This document shows positions 28,393 through 38,614 of a DNA stretch of 64,000 nucleotides, one piece after another. The stretch is taken from the NCBI GenBank assembly GCA_958296135.2, contig CATQHZ020000001.1, positions 3,680,001 through 3,744,000 on the forward strand, in the 5' to 3' direction. Positions within the stretch are counted from its first letter, which is position 1, and each line of letters begins with the position of its first letter. The notes under the pieces are model-generated. The model ran no database searches, had not been told where the DNA came from, and saw only the letters and a list, made by a program, of their open reading frames with translations. Source of the stretch: an uncultured Poribacteria bacterium (lineage in GTDB: Bacteria > Poribacteria > WGA-4E > WGA-3G). The position numbers and the translations under genes were made by a program.

Positions 28393-29584
28393 CGATAATT
28401 CACACGTTCATGAGACAGCTAACCGCGATGATACCGTAGGGCGAGGGCCTGTCCCTCGCCAGACAGCAGACCGCGGGGATACCGTAGGGCGAGGGCCTGT
28501 CCCTCGCCATGCCCCAGTTTCATCAGAAGACGCAGAAAACTCCTCCGAAGTGGGACACTTGAGTTACCGCCAACTCATCTGGCGGCGATTTCGCAAGAAT
28601 CGGATGGGGATTATCGCCGGTGGGGCGCTGCTCATCTTTTACATCGTCGCCCTCGGTGCCGATTTCTTCGCGCCGTACCACTACAACGAGATTAACATGC
28701 GGCTCCGGCACGTACCGCCGCAACGCCTCCATTTCTCACCGCGCGATGGCGTGTATGTCTACGGACTCAAATCTGTCCGCAACCCAGAAAGCCTTGAACT
28801 TGAATTTACGCGCGATCTGGAGAAACGGCATCCTATCAAACTCTTTTTCAAAGATGCGAAAGGCAGACGGCACCTCTTCAGTTCCGAGGGACCGATGTTT
28901 TTGTTAGGTACAGACCGGATGGGGCGCGACCTGCTTTCTCGGATGATATACGGCGGACGCGTATCGATGACACTCGGCTTAGTCGGCGTGTTTCTGAGCA
29001 TCGTCCTCGGTTCCATCCTCGGCACAATTTCTGGATACTGGGGCGGTTGGGTAGATAACCTCATCCAACGCATCATCGAAATCCTCTCGGCGTTCCCAGA
29101 TATTCCGCTGTGGATGGCATTAGGTGCAGCACTACCGCCCGGTTGGAGCAGCATCCAGATTTACTTCGGCATCACGATAATCTTATCAATTATCCGTTGG
29201 GGTGGATTGGCGCGGCAGGTGCGCGGAAAAGTGCTCGCGTATCGGGAGAGCGATTTTGTGATGGCGGCCAGCGCAGCAGGGGCCGGGCATTGGCATATCA
29301 TCACCAAACACTTGCTACCAGGGTGTTATAGCCATATCATTGTCATCGCCACCCTCGCCATCCCCGGCATGATTCTGGGAGAGACCGCGCTCAGCTTCCT
29401 CGGCTTAGGCATCCGGCCGCCCATGACGAGTTGGGGAGTACTGTTGGAGGAAGCGCAGCGCGTCACCGTCTTGCTCCATTATCCGTGGCTGATTTTCCCA
29501 GCGGTGCCAGTGCTTGTCGTGGTTATCGCCTTCAACTTTTTAGGGGATGCCCTCCGCGATGCCGCCGATCCCTATTCAGATTAA
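28385..29584 (+). CDS. ABC transporter permease (OppC-like) with REP-derived N-terminal insert
   Basis: Motifs LGTDRMGRDLLSR, LSFLGLG and FNFLGDALRDAADP. Confidence 0.92.
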   Translation: MNNDNSHVHETANRDDTVGRGPVPRQTADRGDTVGRGPVPRHAPVSSEDAENSSEVGHLSYRQLIWRRFRKNRMGIIAGGALLIFYIVALGADFFAPYHYNEINMRLRHVPPQRLHFSPRDGVYVYGLKSVRNPESLELEFTRDLEKRHPIKLFFKDAKGRRHLFSSEGPMFLLGTDRMGRDLLSRMIYGGRVSMTLGLVGVFLSIVLGSILGTISGYWGGWVDNLIQRIIEILSAFPDIPLWMALGAALPPGWSSIQIYFGITIILSIIRWGGLARQVRGKVLAYRESDFVMAASAAGAGHWHIITKHLLPGCYSHIIVIATLAIPGMILGETALSFLGLGIRPPMTSWGVLLEEAQRVTVLLHYPWLIFPAVPVLVVVIAFNFLGDALRDAADPYSD

Positions 29585-29595
29585 AGGAAAACACT

Positions 29596-30420
29596 ATGTC
29601 TACAGACAAGTCCCTCGGTTTTTTCGCAACAGACGTTTCACTCACCGACACAGCCGCCATCGTCACGGGTTCAAGCCGTGGTATCGGGCGTGCAATCGCG
29701 ATTGAATTGGCACGCCAAGGTGCCGATGTGCTAATCAACTACAACCAGAATCGGAACGCCGCCGAAGAGGTGCAGCGCACCGTGGCGGCACTCGGCAGAA
29801 AGGCGGTGATTATCCAAGCCGACATCAGCGACTTGGATGCACACGAAAGACTGCTTCAGACCGCGCACGATGCTTTTGGGCGGGTAGACATCCTCATCAA
29901 CAACGCAGGCATCACCCGCATCGCCGACATCCTTGAGGAAACACCCGAACAGTTCGACCTGGTTGTCAACACGAACCTCAAGGCACCGCACTTTCTCACG
30001 CAGCGCGTGGCGAACTACATGGTAGCCAACGAGATTCGCGGGTGCATTATCTATACGCTCTCCATTTCGGATACGATGGCATCGGACAATCGGACAGCGT
30101 ATTGCATCTCGAAAGCGGGGTTAGAGATGAGCATGCGCGCGTATGCCGGCCGATTGGCGGCGCACGGGATTAAGGTAAACGGCATCGCCGCCGGTGTGAT
30201 TGATACTGATTTATCGCGCGTCCGGATTCCAGATTATGAGGAAGCGGCGGAGAAAGGCTATATCTTTATGGTGCGCCCCGGCACGCCAGAAGATGTAGCG
30301 CATGCGACGATTGCCGCTATGAAGTTATACGATACGGGGGTTGTCCTGCCTGCCGCCGGCGGGGTGATGACTCCGCTGCTGAATTTGCGAACGATGGCGG
30401 GATTGGAGATGAATCAGTAA
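29596..30420 (+). CDS. Short-chain dehydrogenase/reductase
   Basis: Motifs TGSSRGIG, NNAG and YCISK. Confidence 0.9.
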   Translation: MSTDKSLGFFATDVSLTDTAAIVTGSSRGIGRAIAIELARQGADVLINYNQNRNAAEEVQRTVAALGRKAVIIQADISDLDAHERLLQTAHDAFGRVDILINNAGITRIADILEETPEQFDLVVNTNLKAPHFLTQRVANYMVANEIRGCIIYTLSISDTMASDNRTAYCISKAGLEMSMRAYAGRLAAHGIKVNGIAAGVIDTDLSRVRIPDYEEAAEKGYIFMVRPGTPEDVAHATIAAMKLYDTGVVLPAAGGVMTPLLNLRTMAGLEMNQ

Positions 30421-30480
30421 TCATGGCTTTACACCCCTGACTTCCCTCGTCCAAATTCCGGCAAGTTCCATCATCGCCGG

Positions 30481-30523
30481 GTAGGCGCGTAATTGAAAGG
30501 GCGCGGTTGCAAACCGCGCCTAC
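30481..30523 (+). repeat. REP family C (GTAGGCGCG...GGCGCGGTTGCAAACCGCGCCTAC)
   Basis: Palindrome bounded by GTAG and CTAC. Related copies lie at 43751, 45764 and 57862. Confidence 0.7.
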
Positions 30524-30553
30524 GGCGTTCATGCTGCACATTGCCTAAAAAGG

Positions 30554-30582
30554 TTGACTTTTGCGTTGGCATAGGATAGAAT
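30554..30582 (+). promoter_or_regulatory. sigma70-type promoter
   Basis: TTGACT-17 bp-TAGAAT. Confidence 0.6.
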
Positions 30583-30620
30583 TAAAATATTCATTACAAA
30601 TTTTCCAATTTTTAGGTGCT

Positions 30621-31652
30621 ATGATGACAGCCTACGCATTTTGGAACAACAAGGGTGGTGTTGGCAAAAGTTTCCTCGCTTTCGTCGCCGCAACCGAGTA
30701 TGCTCACACTTACCCCGACACAGATGTCTATGTAATTGACCTGTGTCCACAGGCCAACATCTCCGAGACTTTACTCGTTAATCCCCAGAAGATTCACGAG
30801 CTCATTGGGAGGAAAACACGAGCGACAGTCGCGGGCTACCTTGAAGCGCGGCTGAATTCTCCGTTCCGCGTTATTGAGGACGTTTCCCCCTACGTTTGTT
30901 ATCCGCGTGATTTCAACCGGAAACTCCCGGGGAATTTGCGTTTGGTGTGTGGAGACAATCTGCTTGAAATTCTATCTGAAGCGATTCGTCAGACCTCGCA
31001 GTTAACTATTCCCGTAGACGCGTGGAAACAGGTCCTTAGTTGGATTAAGGACCTCACGGTGGCGTTGCGCAAGCAGAGCGGTGACAGAGACGCGTTGTTC
31101 ATCCTTGACTGTAATCCGAGTTTTGCTATCTACACGCAATTGGCTCTCGTCGCCGCAGAGAACATCGTTGTGCCTTTTACGGCCGATGATAGCTCCTGTC
31201 GTGCTGTTGAGAACGTCGTTGCGTTGCTCTATGGACACGGCATAGGTGATCCAAAGATAGAAGCATACGCGAGAATTAGTTTTGCCAAAAAAGCAAAGGA
31301 GGAGGGATTGGCAATTCCAAAACTCCACACCTTCGTCAGCAACCGCATAACGCGCTATCGTGGAAAAGCAAGTAGAGCGTTTGAGGCGGTGAGCGAAACT
31401 ATTAAGGGAACCTTGGACACCCTTCACAAAAAACACCGCCAAATCTTCGCGGATCCAAAAGAGGTTCCAAGCGAAAGATTCATAGAAATACCTGACTATC
31501 CTTGCGCTGGTGTGATGATGGAAACCGTCGGAGTGCCATTATCTCATCTTCAACCGGGATTGAATAAATTCCGGGGTAAACAAGTTCATCTCGATCCGGA
31601 GCCTTTAGCCCGTTATCAAAACGCGCTTGCGGGATTTGTGAAGTATTTTTAA
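30621..31652 (+). CDS. Orphan ParA/Soj-family ATPase
   Basis: Motifs WNNKGGVGKS, IDLCPQAN and ILDCNPS; no ParB gene adjacent. Confidence 0.85.
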   Translation: MMTAYAFWNNKGGVGKSFLAFVAATEYAHTYPDTDVYVIDLCPQANISETLLVNPQKIHELIGRKTRATVAGYLEARLNSPFRVIEDVSPYVCYPRDFNRKLPGNLRLVCGDNLLEILSEAIRQTSQLTIPVDAWKQVLSWIKDLTVALRKQSGDRDALFILDCNPSFAIYTQLALVAAENIVVPFTADDSSCRAVENVVALLYGHGIGDPKIEAYARISFAKKAKEEGLAIPKLHTFVSNRITRYRGKASRAFEAVSETIKGTLDTLHKKHRQIFADPKEVPSERFIEIPDYPCAGVMMETVGVPLSHLQPGLNKFRGKQVHLDPEPLARYQNALAGFVKYF

Positions 31653-31661
31653 CAATTTGAC

Positions 31662-31690
31662 TTGACAAACCTCCGATTTTTTGATACACT
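31662..31690 (+). promoter_or_regulatory. sigma70-type promoter
   Basis: TTGACA-17 bp-TACACT. Confidence 0.6.
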
Positions 31691-31698
31691 GATGCATT

Positions 31699-32202
31699 AT
31701 GAAAAATTTAAATAGTATCGTAGCAGCTCTGCTCATCCTTACCTCCATTGGGGTATCAATATTGTTTACTATTACAGCGACACAGCGAGATTTAAACGGT
31801 TTAGAGAGCACTATTTGGCAAATTTTTACCTTCGCAGCGGGACTCTCGGGTTCGTTCATCTTCGGCAGACAGTCTGCTCGTGAGGCAGCGAGGGAAATCA
31901 TCAGACCGCACGCCCGGTCTGCGTTCCGGCGAGTGCTTTTTCTCTATCGAAGTCTCTCACGGGCATCAGCCACGATAAAATTATCGCAGGCCCCAGAGTC
32001 TGAGGAAGACCCCCAAGTGACACTCGCTAAACTCGATACAATCGTGACTGAACAATTGGCCGCAGCTGATGATGCCCTGGAGGATTGGCGAGACATTGTC
32101 CCCGAAGATGTAGAAGGGTTAACCCAAAACGGTGGTTTGATAACACAAGGAGGAATTGACAATGATGAAACCAATTCGCGGCAAAATCGCACGCGTGCTT
32201 AA
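31699..32202 (+). CDS. Hypothetical protein with two N-terminal TM helices
   Basis: Two hydrophobic segments followed by a helical soluble domain. Confidence 0.65.
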   Translation: MKNLNSIVAALLILTSIGVSILFTITATQRDLNGLESTIWQIFTFAAGLSGSFIFGRQSAREAAREIIRPHARSAFRRVLFLYRSLSRASATIKLSQAPESEEDPQVTLAKLDTIVTEQLAAADDALEDWRDIVPEDVEGLTQNGGLITQGGIDNDETNSRQNRTRA

Positions 32203-32647
32203 CACACGCGAAATCGCGCTTAACGTCGGAACCGCACAAGGCGTAACCCTCGGCATGCGCTTTGACGTGATGGACTCCAGCGAGATGGATATAACTGACC
32301 CTGACTCTGGCAAAGTGTTAGGTTCTCTAGAGCGCCCAAAAGTTAGGGTAGAAATTATCCACGTGCAAGAAGATTTGTCGGTGGCACAAACTCCAGAAAC
32401 GAGTGTGAACGTCGGAGGCACCGGCTCCTTAATGAGCCTGGGTCCATTTGCTCGGTCTCTTATGCCGCCCAACTGGGTAACTAGGTATGAGACACTAAAG
32501 AAAACAGCGAAAAACACGAAGGAGGAACTTGATGAGGAAGATAGCCTAGTGAAAACCGGCGACCCTGTCGTGCAAGTCCTTGAACCGGGTGCCGCGACTG
32601 GCAATCAGGTCGTGCAAGTCCCTGAAACCAACGAGGCAAACCCATAG
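32162..32647 (+). CDS. Hypothetical beta-rich protein (FlgT C-terminal-like)
   Basis: 'IALNVGTAQGVTLGMRFDV...DPDSGKVLG'; GGAGG ribosome-binding site. Confidence 0.6.
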   Translation: MMKPIRGKIARVLNTREIALNVGTAQGVTLGMRFDVMDSSEMDITDPDSGKVLGSLERPKVRVEIIHVQEDLSVAQTPETSVNVGGTGSLMSLGPFARSLMPPNWVTRYETLKKTAKNTKEELDEEDSLVKTGDPVVQVLEPGAATGNQVVQVPETNEANP

Positions 32648-32722
32648 GAGAGACCTTCCGCGTCTCAACTCCCCGGGCCCGACACCGGTAAACACAACCT
32701 CACCGAAAACCCGAGGAACACT

Positions 32723-34825
32723 GTGCCACGACTCACCGAACAGGAACGACAAGAAGTCATCCGCTTCATCGAAGCAGACAAACCGCTCCCCGACAAATAC
32801 CGCTTTCTGCTGTTTGAAGACACGCGCGAGGCCGAACTCCTCTGGAACGGCAAAACCGCTGAAGTCTGCAACACCGTACTGCCGTTCCAAACGCTTGAAC
32901 GGGTGGATAACCCTCGCGCTGAAAAGCAGCCCGCGACGCAACCCGCGCTGTCTGACGAACGCGGCAGGCAGCTCAAAGGGTGGACCAACAAGCTCATCTG
33001 GGGCGATAACCGACTCATCTTGTCCTCTCTCAAAAACGGACCGGTGCGCGCGGAAATTGAGGCACAAGGCGGACTCAAAGTCGTCTACATCGATCCGCCC
33101 TTTGACAGCGGCGCGGATGTCCCCATGAATATTGAGATTGGCGGCAAGCAACCGAACATCCTCGAAGAAATCGCCTACCGGGACACCTGGGGCGAAGGTG
33201 CAGATTCATTCATCGCGATGCTCTACGAACGCCTAAACCTCATTCACGAACTGCTCGCCGAGGATGGAAGTATCTATGTGCATTGTGATTGGCGAGTCAA
33301 TAGCCTCATCCGCCTCGCAATGGACGAAATATTCGGGCAGGAAAACCTTGTTAATCAAATTGGGTGGACATACAAAACCGGCGGCACCCCAGAAAAAGTC
33401 GGTTTCGCAAAAAAACATGACCAGGTTTTGTTCTATGCTAAAGGGACAAAACCGATTTTCAACCCGCTTTATCAGAAATCTTATGTGCCAACGCTGCCCG
33501 AACCGCACACAAATTCAGGAAAGCGGCTCCGTGTCCAGCGCGACGAAGTCTGCGAACTCTGTAAAAACGGCGGACCCAGCGAGAAGTATCGGATGGTGAT
33601 TGCACGCGACGTTTGGGCCGATATCCCCGCTATCTACCGTAACGATTCGCAGCTCACTGACTATCCCACGCAAAAACCGGAGGCACTCCTTGAGCGCATT
33701 ATCAAAGCCTCTTCCAACGAAGGAGACCTGGTCGCCGACTTCTTCTGCGGCTCTGGCACTACCCCCGCTGTTGCCGAAAAGTTGGGCAGGAAATGGATCG
33801 CGGCAGACCTCGGGAAGTTCGCCATCCACACGACACGCAAACGGATGATAGGCGTGCAGCGTGAACGCAAGGCGGCCGGCGAAGACTACCGCGCTTTTGA
33901 AATCCTCAACTTCGGCAAATACGAACGGCAGTATTACATCGGAGTCAATCCGAACCTACGCAAGGCTGAGCAGCAGAAGCAGGAGAAGGCGTTTGTCGAC
34001 CTCATCTTGCGTGCTTACGCCACCGAAAGGACAGACAGGTTCCCGCCTTTTGATGGCGTGAAAGCGGGACGACTCGTGGCGGTCTGCCCCGTCAATTTAC
34101 CGGTGACGCGTCCGTGGGTGGAGGAGCTCATTTTGGCGTGTCTCAAGCATCGCGTCACTCGTATGGACGTTCTCGGTTTTGAGTTTGAGATAAACCTGTT
34201 CCCTACCGTGCTGGAGGCAGCGCGAAGCAAAGGCATTGACATTGCGCCGAGATACATCCCGGCTGACGTGTTTGACACGCGCGCAGTGGAACGGAATCAG
34301 GTGGTGTTCCACGATGTAGCGTTCATTGAGGCAAAACCGTTGGTGACACACAGCGAAAACGGCGCGCCTGTTACCGTCGCAGTAGAACTCACCGATTTCT
34401 CCGTTTTTTACTCACAAGATGCCATTACGCATGCCGAACAGACGCTCAAGAAACCGGGCAGTCGCATCGCCGTCGAGCAAGGACAAGTCGTGAAAGTCAC
34501 GCGAGATGCGGACAGAATTTTCCGCCGCGAAGTGTTAACGGAGCATTGGACGGATTGGATCGACTCCTGGGCTGTCGATTTTGACTTCGAGAGTCAGCGC
34601 GAGATTATTCGCGTGCAGCACCCCGAAACCGGGGAGTGGGCAGAGCAGTGGACAGGTGACTATGTCTTTGAGAACGAGTGGCAAAGTTTCCGCACGCGGA
34701 AGAACCGGGAGATGGAATTAACCAGCGCGCCTTATGAGTGCACACCGGGCCGTCGGAAACTTGCCGTTAAAGTGGTTGATATTTTCGGTAACGATACGAT
34801 GACGATTGTGGAGGTGTCGGTATGA
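32723..34825 (+). CDS. Type III Mod-like N6/N4 DNA methyltransferase
   Basis: Motifs [21 protein letters not shown] and DFFCGSGT; C-terminal [11 protein letters not shown]. Confidence 0.9.
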   Translation: MPRLTEQERQEVIRFIEADKPLPDKYRFLLFEDTREAELLWNGKTAEVCNTVLPFQTLERVDNPRAEKQPATQPALSDERGRQLKGWTNKLIWGDNRLILSSLKNGPVRAEIEAQGGLKVVYIDPPFDSGADVPMNIEIGGKQPNILEEIAYRDTWGEGADSFIAMLYERLNLIHELLAEDGSIYVHCDWRVNSLIRLAMDEIFGQENLVNQIGWTYKTGGTPEKVGFAKKHDQVLFYAKGTKPIFNPLYQKSYVPTLPEPHTNSGKRLRVQRDEVCELCKNGGPSEKYRMVIARDVWADIPAIYRNDSQLTDYPTQKPEALLERIIKASSNEGDLVADFFCGSGTTPAVAEKLGRKWIAADLGKFAIHTTRKRMIGVQRERKAAGEDYRAFEILNFGKYERQYYIGVNPNLRKAEQQKQEKAFVDLILRAYATERTDRFPPFDGVKAGRLVAVCPVNLPVTRPWVEELILACLKHRVTRMDVLGFEFEINLFPTVLEAARSKGIDIAPRYIPADVFDTRAVERNQVVFHDVAFIEAKPLVTHSENGAPVTVAVELTDFSVFYSQDAITHAEQTLKKPGSRIAVEQGQVVKVTRDADRIFRREVLTEHWTDWIDSWAVDFDFESQREIIRVQHPETGEWAEQWTGDYVFENEWQSFRTRKNREMELTSAPYECTPGRRKLAVKVVDIFGNDTMTIVEVSV

Positions 34826-34851
34826 GACCTTCTGCATTTAAGGAGATAATG

Positions 34852-35217
34852 ATGCAAGAAAATATGAGGATATCCATGTACGAAGTCGTGGGCGGACCCT
34901 TTTGCGTCGCTTCCGACGATGGACAGAAAATCTACGACCGGATTGCTGCCGCTCTGGCGGCAGACCGGGATGTTGCCCTCTCATTTCACAATGTCACGGC
35001 ACTGACCTCGGCTTTCCTTGATGCCGCAATTGGCCAGTTGTATGGGACATTCGGCGAAGACCAGATTCGTTCGCTGTTGAAGGTGGAGGACGTGGAACCG
35101 GATGACCTTGCGCTGGTGGAACGTGTGGTTGTCAACGCCAAACGTTACTTTGCAGACCCGCAGCGATTTGAAAGGGCATATCGCGAGGTAATGGGAGAAG
35201 ATGACGATGAACCATAA
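34852..35217 (+). CDS. STAS-like (DUF4325) protein
   Basis: 'DGQKIYDRI...LSFHNVTALTSAFLDAAIGQLY'. Confidence 0.75.
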   Translation: MQENMRISMYEVVGGPFCVASDDGQKIYDRIAAALAADRDVALSFHNVTALTSAFLDAAIGQLYGTFGEDQIRSLLKVEDVEPDDLALVERVVVNAKRYFADPQRFERAYREVMGEDDDEP

Positions 35218-35344
35218 AACCGAGGCGGTGGAGGACCACAACTTTACCGCCCAAGACAAGCTCTTTCTGGATGCCAATATCTGGTTGTATCTTCATGACC
35301 CTCAAAAACAGCACTGCTGTCAAGCAGATTATGAACCACTCTGA
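35207..35344 (+). pseudogene. Truncated PIN-domain gene (45 codons)
   Basis: MNHKTEAVEDHNFTAQDKLFLDANIWLYL carries the PIN N-terminal D-x-N motif, then stops at 35342. Confidence 0.6.
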
Positions 35345-35401
35345 TTCGGCGTTAAACGCGGTGTGAGATTACCTTTGACACTCTTCGCAAAAAAAATAAA
35401 A

Positions 35402-35430
35402 TTGACTTTTCTGGTAAAATGCAGTATCAT
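35402..35430 (+). promoter_or_regulatory. sigma70-type promoter
   Basis: TTGACT-17 bp-TATCAT. Confidence 0.55.
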
Positions 35431-35545
35431 TTAAGATAAGTTTTATCAGAAGCAACTGGGGCGCGCTTCCCGATACGCCTCGGAATTACGCCAAACCTTC
35501 TTGATTAGGAAAGCTCGGAACGATGACAATTGTGGAGGTATCCGT

Positions 35546-36943
35546 ATGAGCCTGAAAATACAGGTAAAAAACCTTGGAATCTTAAAGCATGCCGAATTTT
35601 CGCTGGGCGATTTGACGATTATCTGCGGCGGAAATAACACCGGCAAAACTTATGCAACCTACGCGCTATACGGTTTCTTACGGAATTGGCGGGATCTTAT
35701 CCGTTTTTCTGTTAGCGATGCACAAATCCAAAGTCTACTGACAGAAGGTATCGTTAAGATTAAGTTGACAGACTATGTCAAAGACATTCGTCAGAGGCTT
35801 GCGATGGCGGCCAGGAAGTATACTGCTCAATTGGACACTGTTTTTGCAGCACCTGAGGGCACGTTTCGTAACAGCAGGTTTCAAGTTCAGTCAGGTTCTA
35901 TTGACTTACTTGATAGAGAGTCCGAAGGAACAATGTCAATTGGCAGAGTCCCACTTTTTACCTATTCTAAAAGAAAAGGGAGTGAAGAACTGATAATTGC
36001 ACTATCAATGGAAAGGGACTTGGAAAAAGAGACAGAGCCTAGTTTGGCAGCGAGTGCTATTCGCTTCGCTCTCAACAAGACCATTTTTTCCGATGCTTTC
36101 CCAAACGCCTTTATCTCCTCGGCCGAACGCACCGGTGTCGCCATTTTTAGCAAAGAATTAAATTTTGCTCGCAACCGCCTCCTTGAGGAAATGGGACAAT
36201 CGGACAAAAAGATTAATCTGCGGGTATTGCTATCCAAAGCATACCAAAGTTACCCTTTGCCGATTGAAGACAATGTGGACTTTACGCGCCAACTTGAAGA
36301 TGTTGCGAAAAGAAAAAGTTTTCTCGCCAAAGAGCACCCTGAGGTGCTGGAAGACTTCGCTGACATCATCGGTGGCGATTACGACGTAACGCAAAATGAC
36401 CAGGTCTACTATGTCCCTAAAGGAACACGACGCAGATTGACCATGGTTGAGAGTTCAAGTGCTGTGCGCTCACTCTTGGACCTCGGTTTCTATCTGCGCT
36501 GTGTCGCGAAAAAAGGCGACCTGCTGATGGTAGATGAGCCGGAATTGAACCTTCATCCGGCAAACCAGCGGCGCGTCGCTAGGCTCTTCGCGCGGCTCGT
36601 AAATAGCGGTGTGAAAGTCTTTATCACCACGCATAGCGACTACATCGTCAAAGAACTGAATACGCTCATCATGCTCAACCACGATGATAAGCCGCACCTG
36701 AAGCGAATCACCGAGGAAAATGGCTATCGGCGCGATGAATTGATTAAGGCAGCCCAGGTCAAGGTGTATATGGCGAAAGAGGAGTTGCTGCCCTTGGAAG
36801 AAGGGCAGAAAAGACGGAGAAGGGGGCTCACTTTCGTACCCGCAGATATCCATCCGCGCTTTGGCATCGAAGCCGCCACGTTTGACGATACGATTGACGA
36901 CATGAACCGCATCCAAGGAGACATCGTCTGGGGGGCAGAGTGA
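35546..36943 (+). CDS. AAA_15/AAA_21-type ABC ATPase
   Basis: Motifs GGNNTGKT, SAERTG, LLMVDEPELNLHP and TTHSDY. Confidence 0.88.
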   Translation: MSLKIQVKNLGILKHAEFSLGDLTIICGGNNTGKTYATYALYGFLRNWRDLIRFSVSDAQIQSLLTEGIVKIKLTDYVKDIRQRLAMAARKYTAQLDTVFAAPEGTFRNSRFQVQSGSIDLLDRESEGTMSIGRVPLFTYSKRKGSEELIIALSMERDLEKETEPSLAASAIRFALNKTIFSDAFPNAFISSAERTGVAIFSKELNFARNRLLEEMGQSDKKINLRVLLSKAYQSYPLPIEDNVDFTRQLEDVAKRKSFLAKEHPEVLEDFADIIGGDYDVTQNDQVYYVPKGTRRRLTMVESSSAVRSLLDLGFYLRCVAKKGDLLMVDEPELNLHPANQRRVARLFARLVNSGVKVFITTHSDYIVKELNTLIMLNHDDKPHLKRITEENGYRRDELIKAAQVKVYMAKEELLPLEEGQKRRRRGLTFVPADIHPRFGIEAATFDDTIDDMNRIQGDIVWGAE

Positions 36944-37521
36944 GGATAGTGAACGATATTGAAATCTTACGGGAAATGTTCCACCCTGCTGCCTTAGTCG
37001 CGCTTCGACCGGGGCAAGGTAAACCTGCTGTTGAACTAACAGACGCAAAGGCTGACACGACTGTCCAAATAAAGGGATTACCTCATGAGTCTGTCGTTAT
37101 CAGAGCAGAGGATTTTGAAGTCCCCTGGACCGTCTTTCGTTCTATAAACGGCCAACGCAAGCGAGCCGATTTCGTGATTGTAGCCAACGAAGATGCTAAG
37201 AGGTGGATTATCTATATTGAGACGCAAGCGGGCAATTATAAAACTGCAGCGCACATTATAGAACAATTAAAGGGGGCGCAGTGCTTCATCGGTTACTGCA
37301 AGTGTATCGGAAAGTCGTTCTGGGAATCAGAAGAATTTCTTGACGGCTATGAGTCCCGGTTCGTAAACATCGCCGGGCTTAACCTTGAAAAGCAAGGAAC
37401 CCGTTCCTACTCTCCCCACATTCAGTCCAAAGGGAAATTGCATGACACTCCTAACGCGTTTCTGAAAGTTTTAGGGAGTCCGAATCTCTATTTTCGTCAT
37501 TTAACCCAAGTTCCAAGGTAA
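36940..37521 (+). CDS. Hypothetical protein, PD-(D/E)XK-like
   Basis: 'KRADFVIV...IIYIETQ...EQLKGA'; the start overlaps the ATPase stop. Confidence 0.55.
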   Translation: MRIVNDIEILREMFHPAALVALRPGQGKPAVELTDAKADTTVQIKGLPHESVVIRAEDFEVPWTVFRSINGQRKRADFVIVANEDAKRWIIYIETQAGNYKTAAHIIEQLKGAQCFIGYCKCIGKSFWESEEFLDGYESRFVNIAGLNLEKQGTRSYSPHIQSKGKLHDTPNAFLKVLGSPNLYFRHLTQVPR

Positions 37522-37601
37522 AAATCGGTGCGCTGCAATGATACAGCGCACCGATCAGCCCAAAAATCCGCGGTCTCCGGTATGCGGCAGACGCGCCCCC
37601 A

Positions 37602-38525
37602 CTACTCCCAAACTCCAACCTCCCGCAGAATCGACTTCTTCACCTTGCATACCATCGTATACGCCGGATCGAAGACGTTGCCCATATCATACTGCACCGC
37701 CTGTCCCAACAAGATGTGCGCCGCGCGCTTCTTCAAACCGAGCTCGCCAAGCCAACGCACGAGCTCCGTCGTCGCATGCTGAACCGCCTGAGCCAACGGC
37801 CGCGCATTGCCCGCCGTGAGGATATAGTCCGCATTCTCCGCACGCGGCCAGTTAATGCTTTTCCCTTTGATAACGTTCACCGTAAACTGCACGTCAAAGG
37901 AAATTTCTACCCCCGTGCCGACGATTTCGCCATCGCCCTGCACCGCATGCCCATCGCCGAGGTGAAACAACGCACCCGCCACAAAAACCGGCAAGTAGAC
38001 TGTCACTCCCTCCTGAAAACCGCGGTAGTCCATGTTACCGCCGTGCGTCGAGGAAGTCGCTGTCGAAATCGCCTGGCCACGCGGCGGTGCAACCCCGAAA
38101 CAGCCTACCATCGGTTCAAGCGGCAGCGTGAATGCACCCAGCTGCGTCTGAGGGGATAGCAACGTCGCTGTCCATTTCTCAACGTCAACGTGCCATTCCG
38201 CGCGGCCGCCCGCCGGCATCTCGGCAGCGACATACCCCGGGTCAAGGACATTCGGCGCAATGACGGTGGCAGTCCGCCCAATCTTACGGTTCGGAAGAAT
38301 CCGGTCGAAATGCACCGTTAACGTATCTCCCGGTTCCGCCGATTCAATATAGAAAGGCCCCGTCTGTGGGTTGCCGCCCGGCGTAACCTGCGTGTCGGTG
38401 GCATCGTAGCCGGCGTTGTCCACCGTTGTCGTGAAGACGGTGTCGCCGCTCTCGATGTGTAGCACCGGCTCGTGCGCGCCGAGCGCGGTGTGATAGTGCG
38501 TCGGTTGAAAATGATGAATCGCCAT
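37602..38525 (-). CDS. Acetamidase/formamidase family protein
   Basis: Motifs NPQTGPFYIE, HGGNMD and GDGHAVQGDGE. Confidence 0.9.
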   Translation of the reverse strand: MAIHHFQPTHYHTALGAHEPVLHIESGDTVFTTTVDNAGYDATDTQVTPGGNPQTGPFYIESAEPGDTLTVHFDRILPNRKIGRTATVIAPNVLDPGYVAAEMPAGGRAEWHVDVEKWTATLLSPQTQLGAFTLPLEPMVGCFGVAPPRGQAISTATSSTHGGNMDYRGFQEGVTVYLPVFVAGALFHLGDGHAVQGDGEIVGTGVEISFDVQFTVNVIKGKSINWPRAENADYILTAGNARPLAQAVQHATTELVRWLGELGLKKRAAHILLGQAVQYDMGNVFDPAYTMVCKVKKSILREVGVWE

Positions 38526-38547
38526 TTTAAACACCTCGCTAAAAAAC

Positions 38548-38576
38548 TTGACAAAATCTCTTCTTCGTGGTAAATT
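38548..38576 (+). promoter_or_regulatory. sigma70-type promoter
   Basis: TTGACA-17 bp-TAAATT with an extended TG. Confidence 0.6.
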
Positions 38577-38614
38577 GAATTAAAAATAAAAAATAGGAAC
38601 TTGAAAGGATAACA

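Noticed and set aside
30621-31652. Plasmid or prophage partition locus
   Set aside because: No parB, replication, integrase or phage structural genes were seen, and the flanks are chromosomal.
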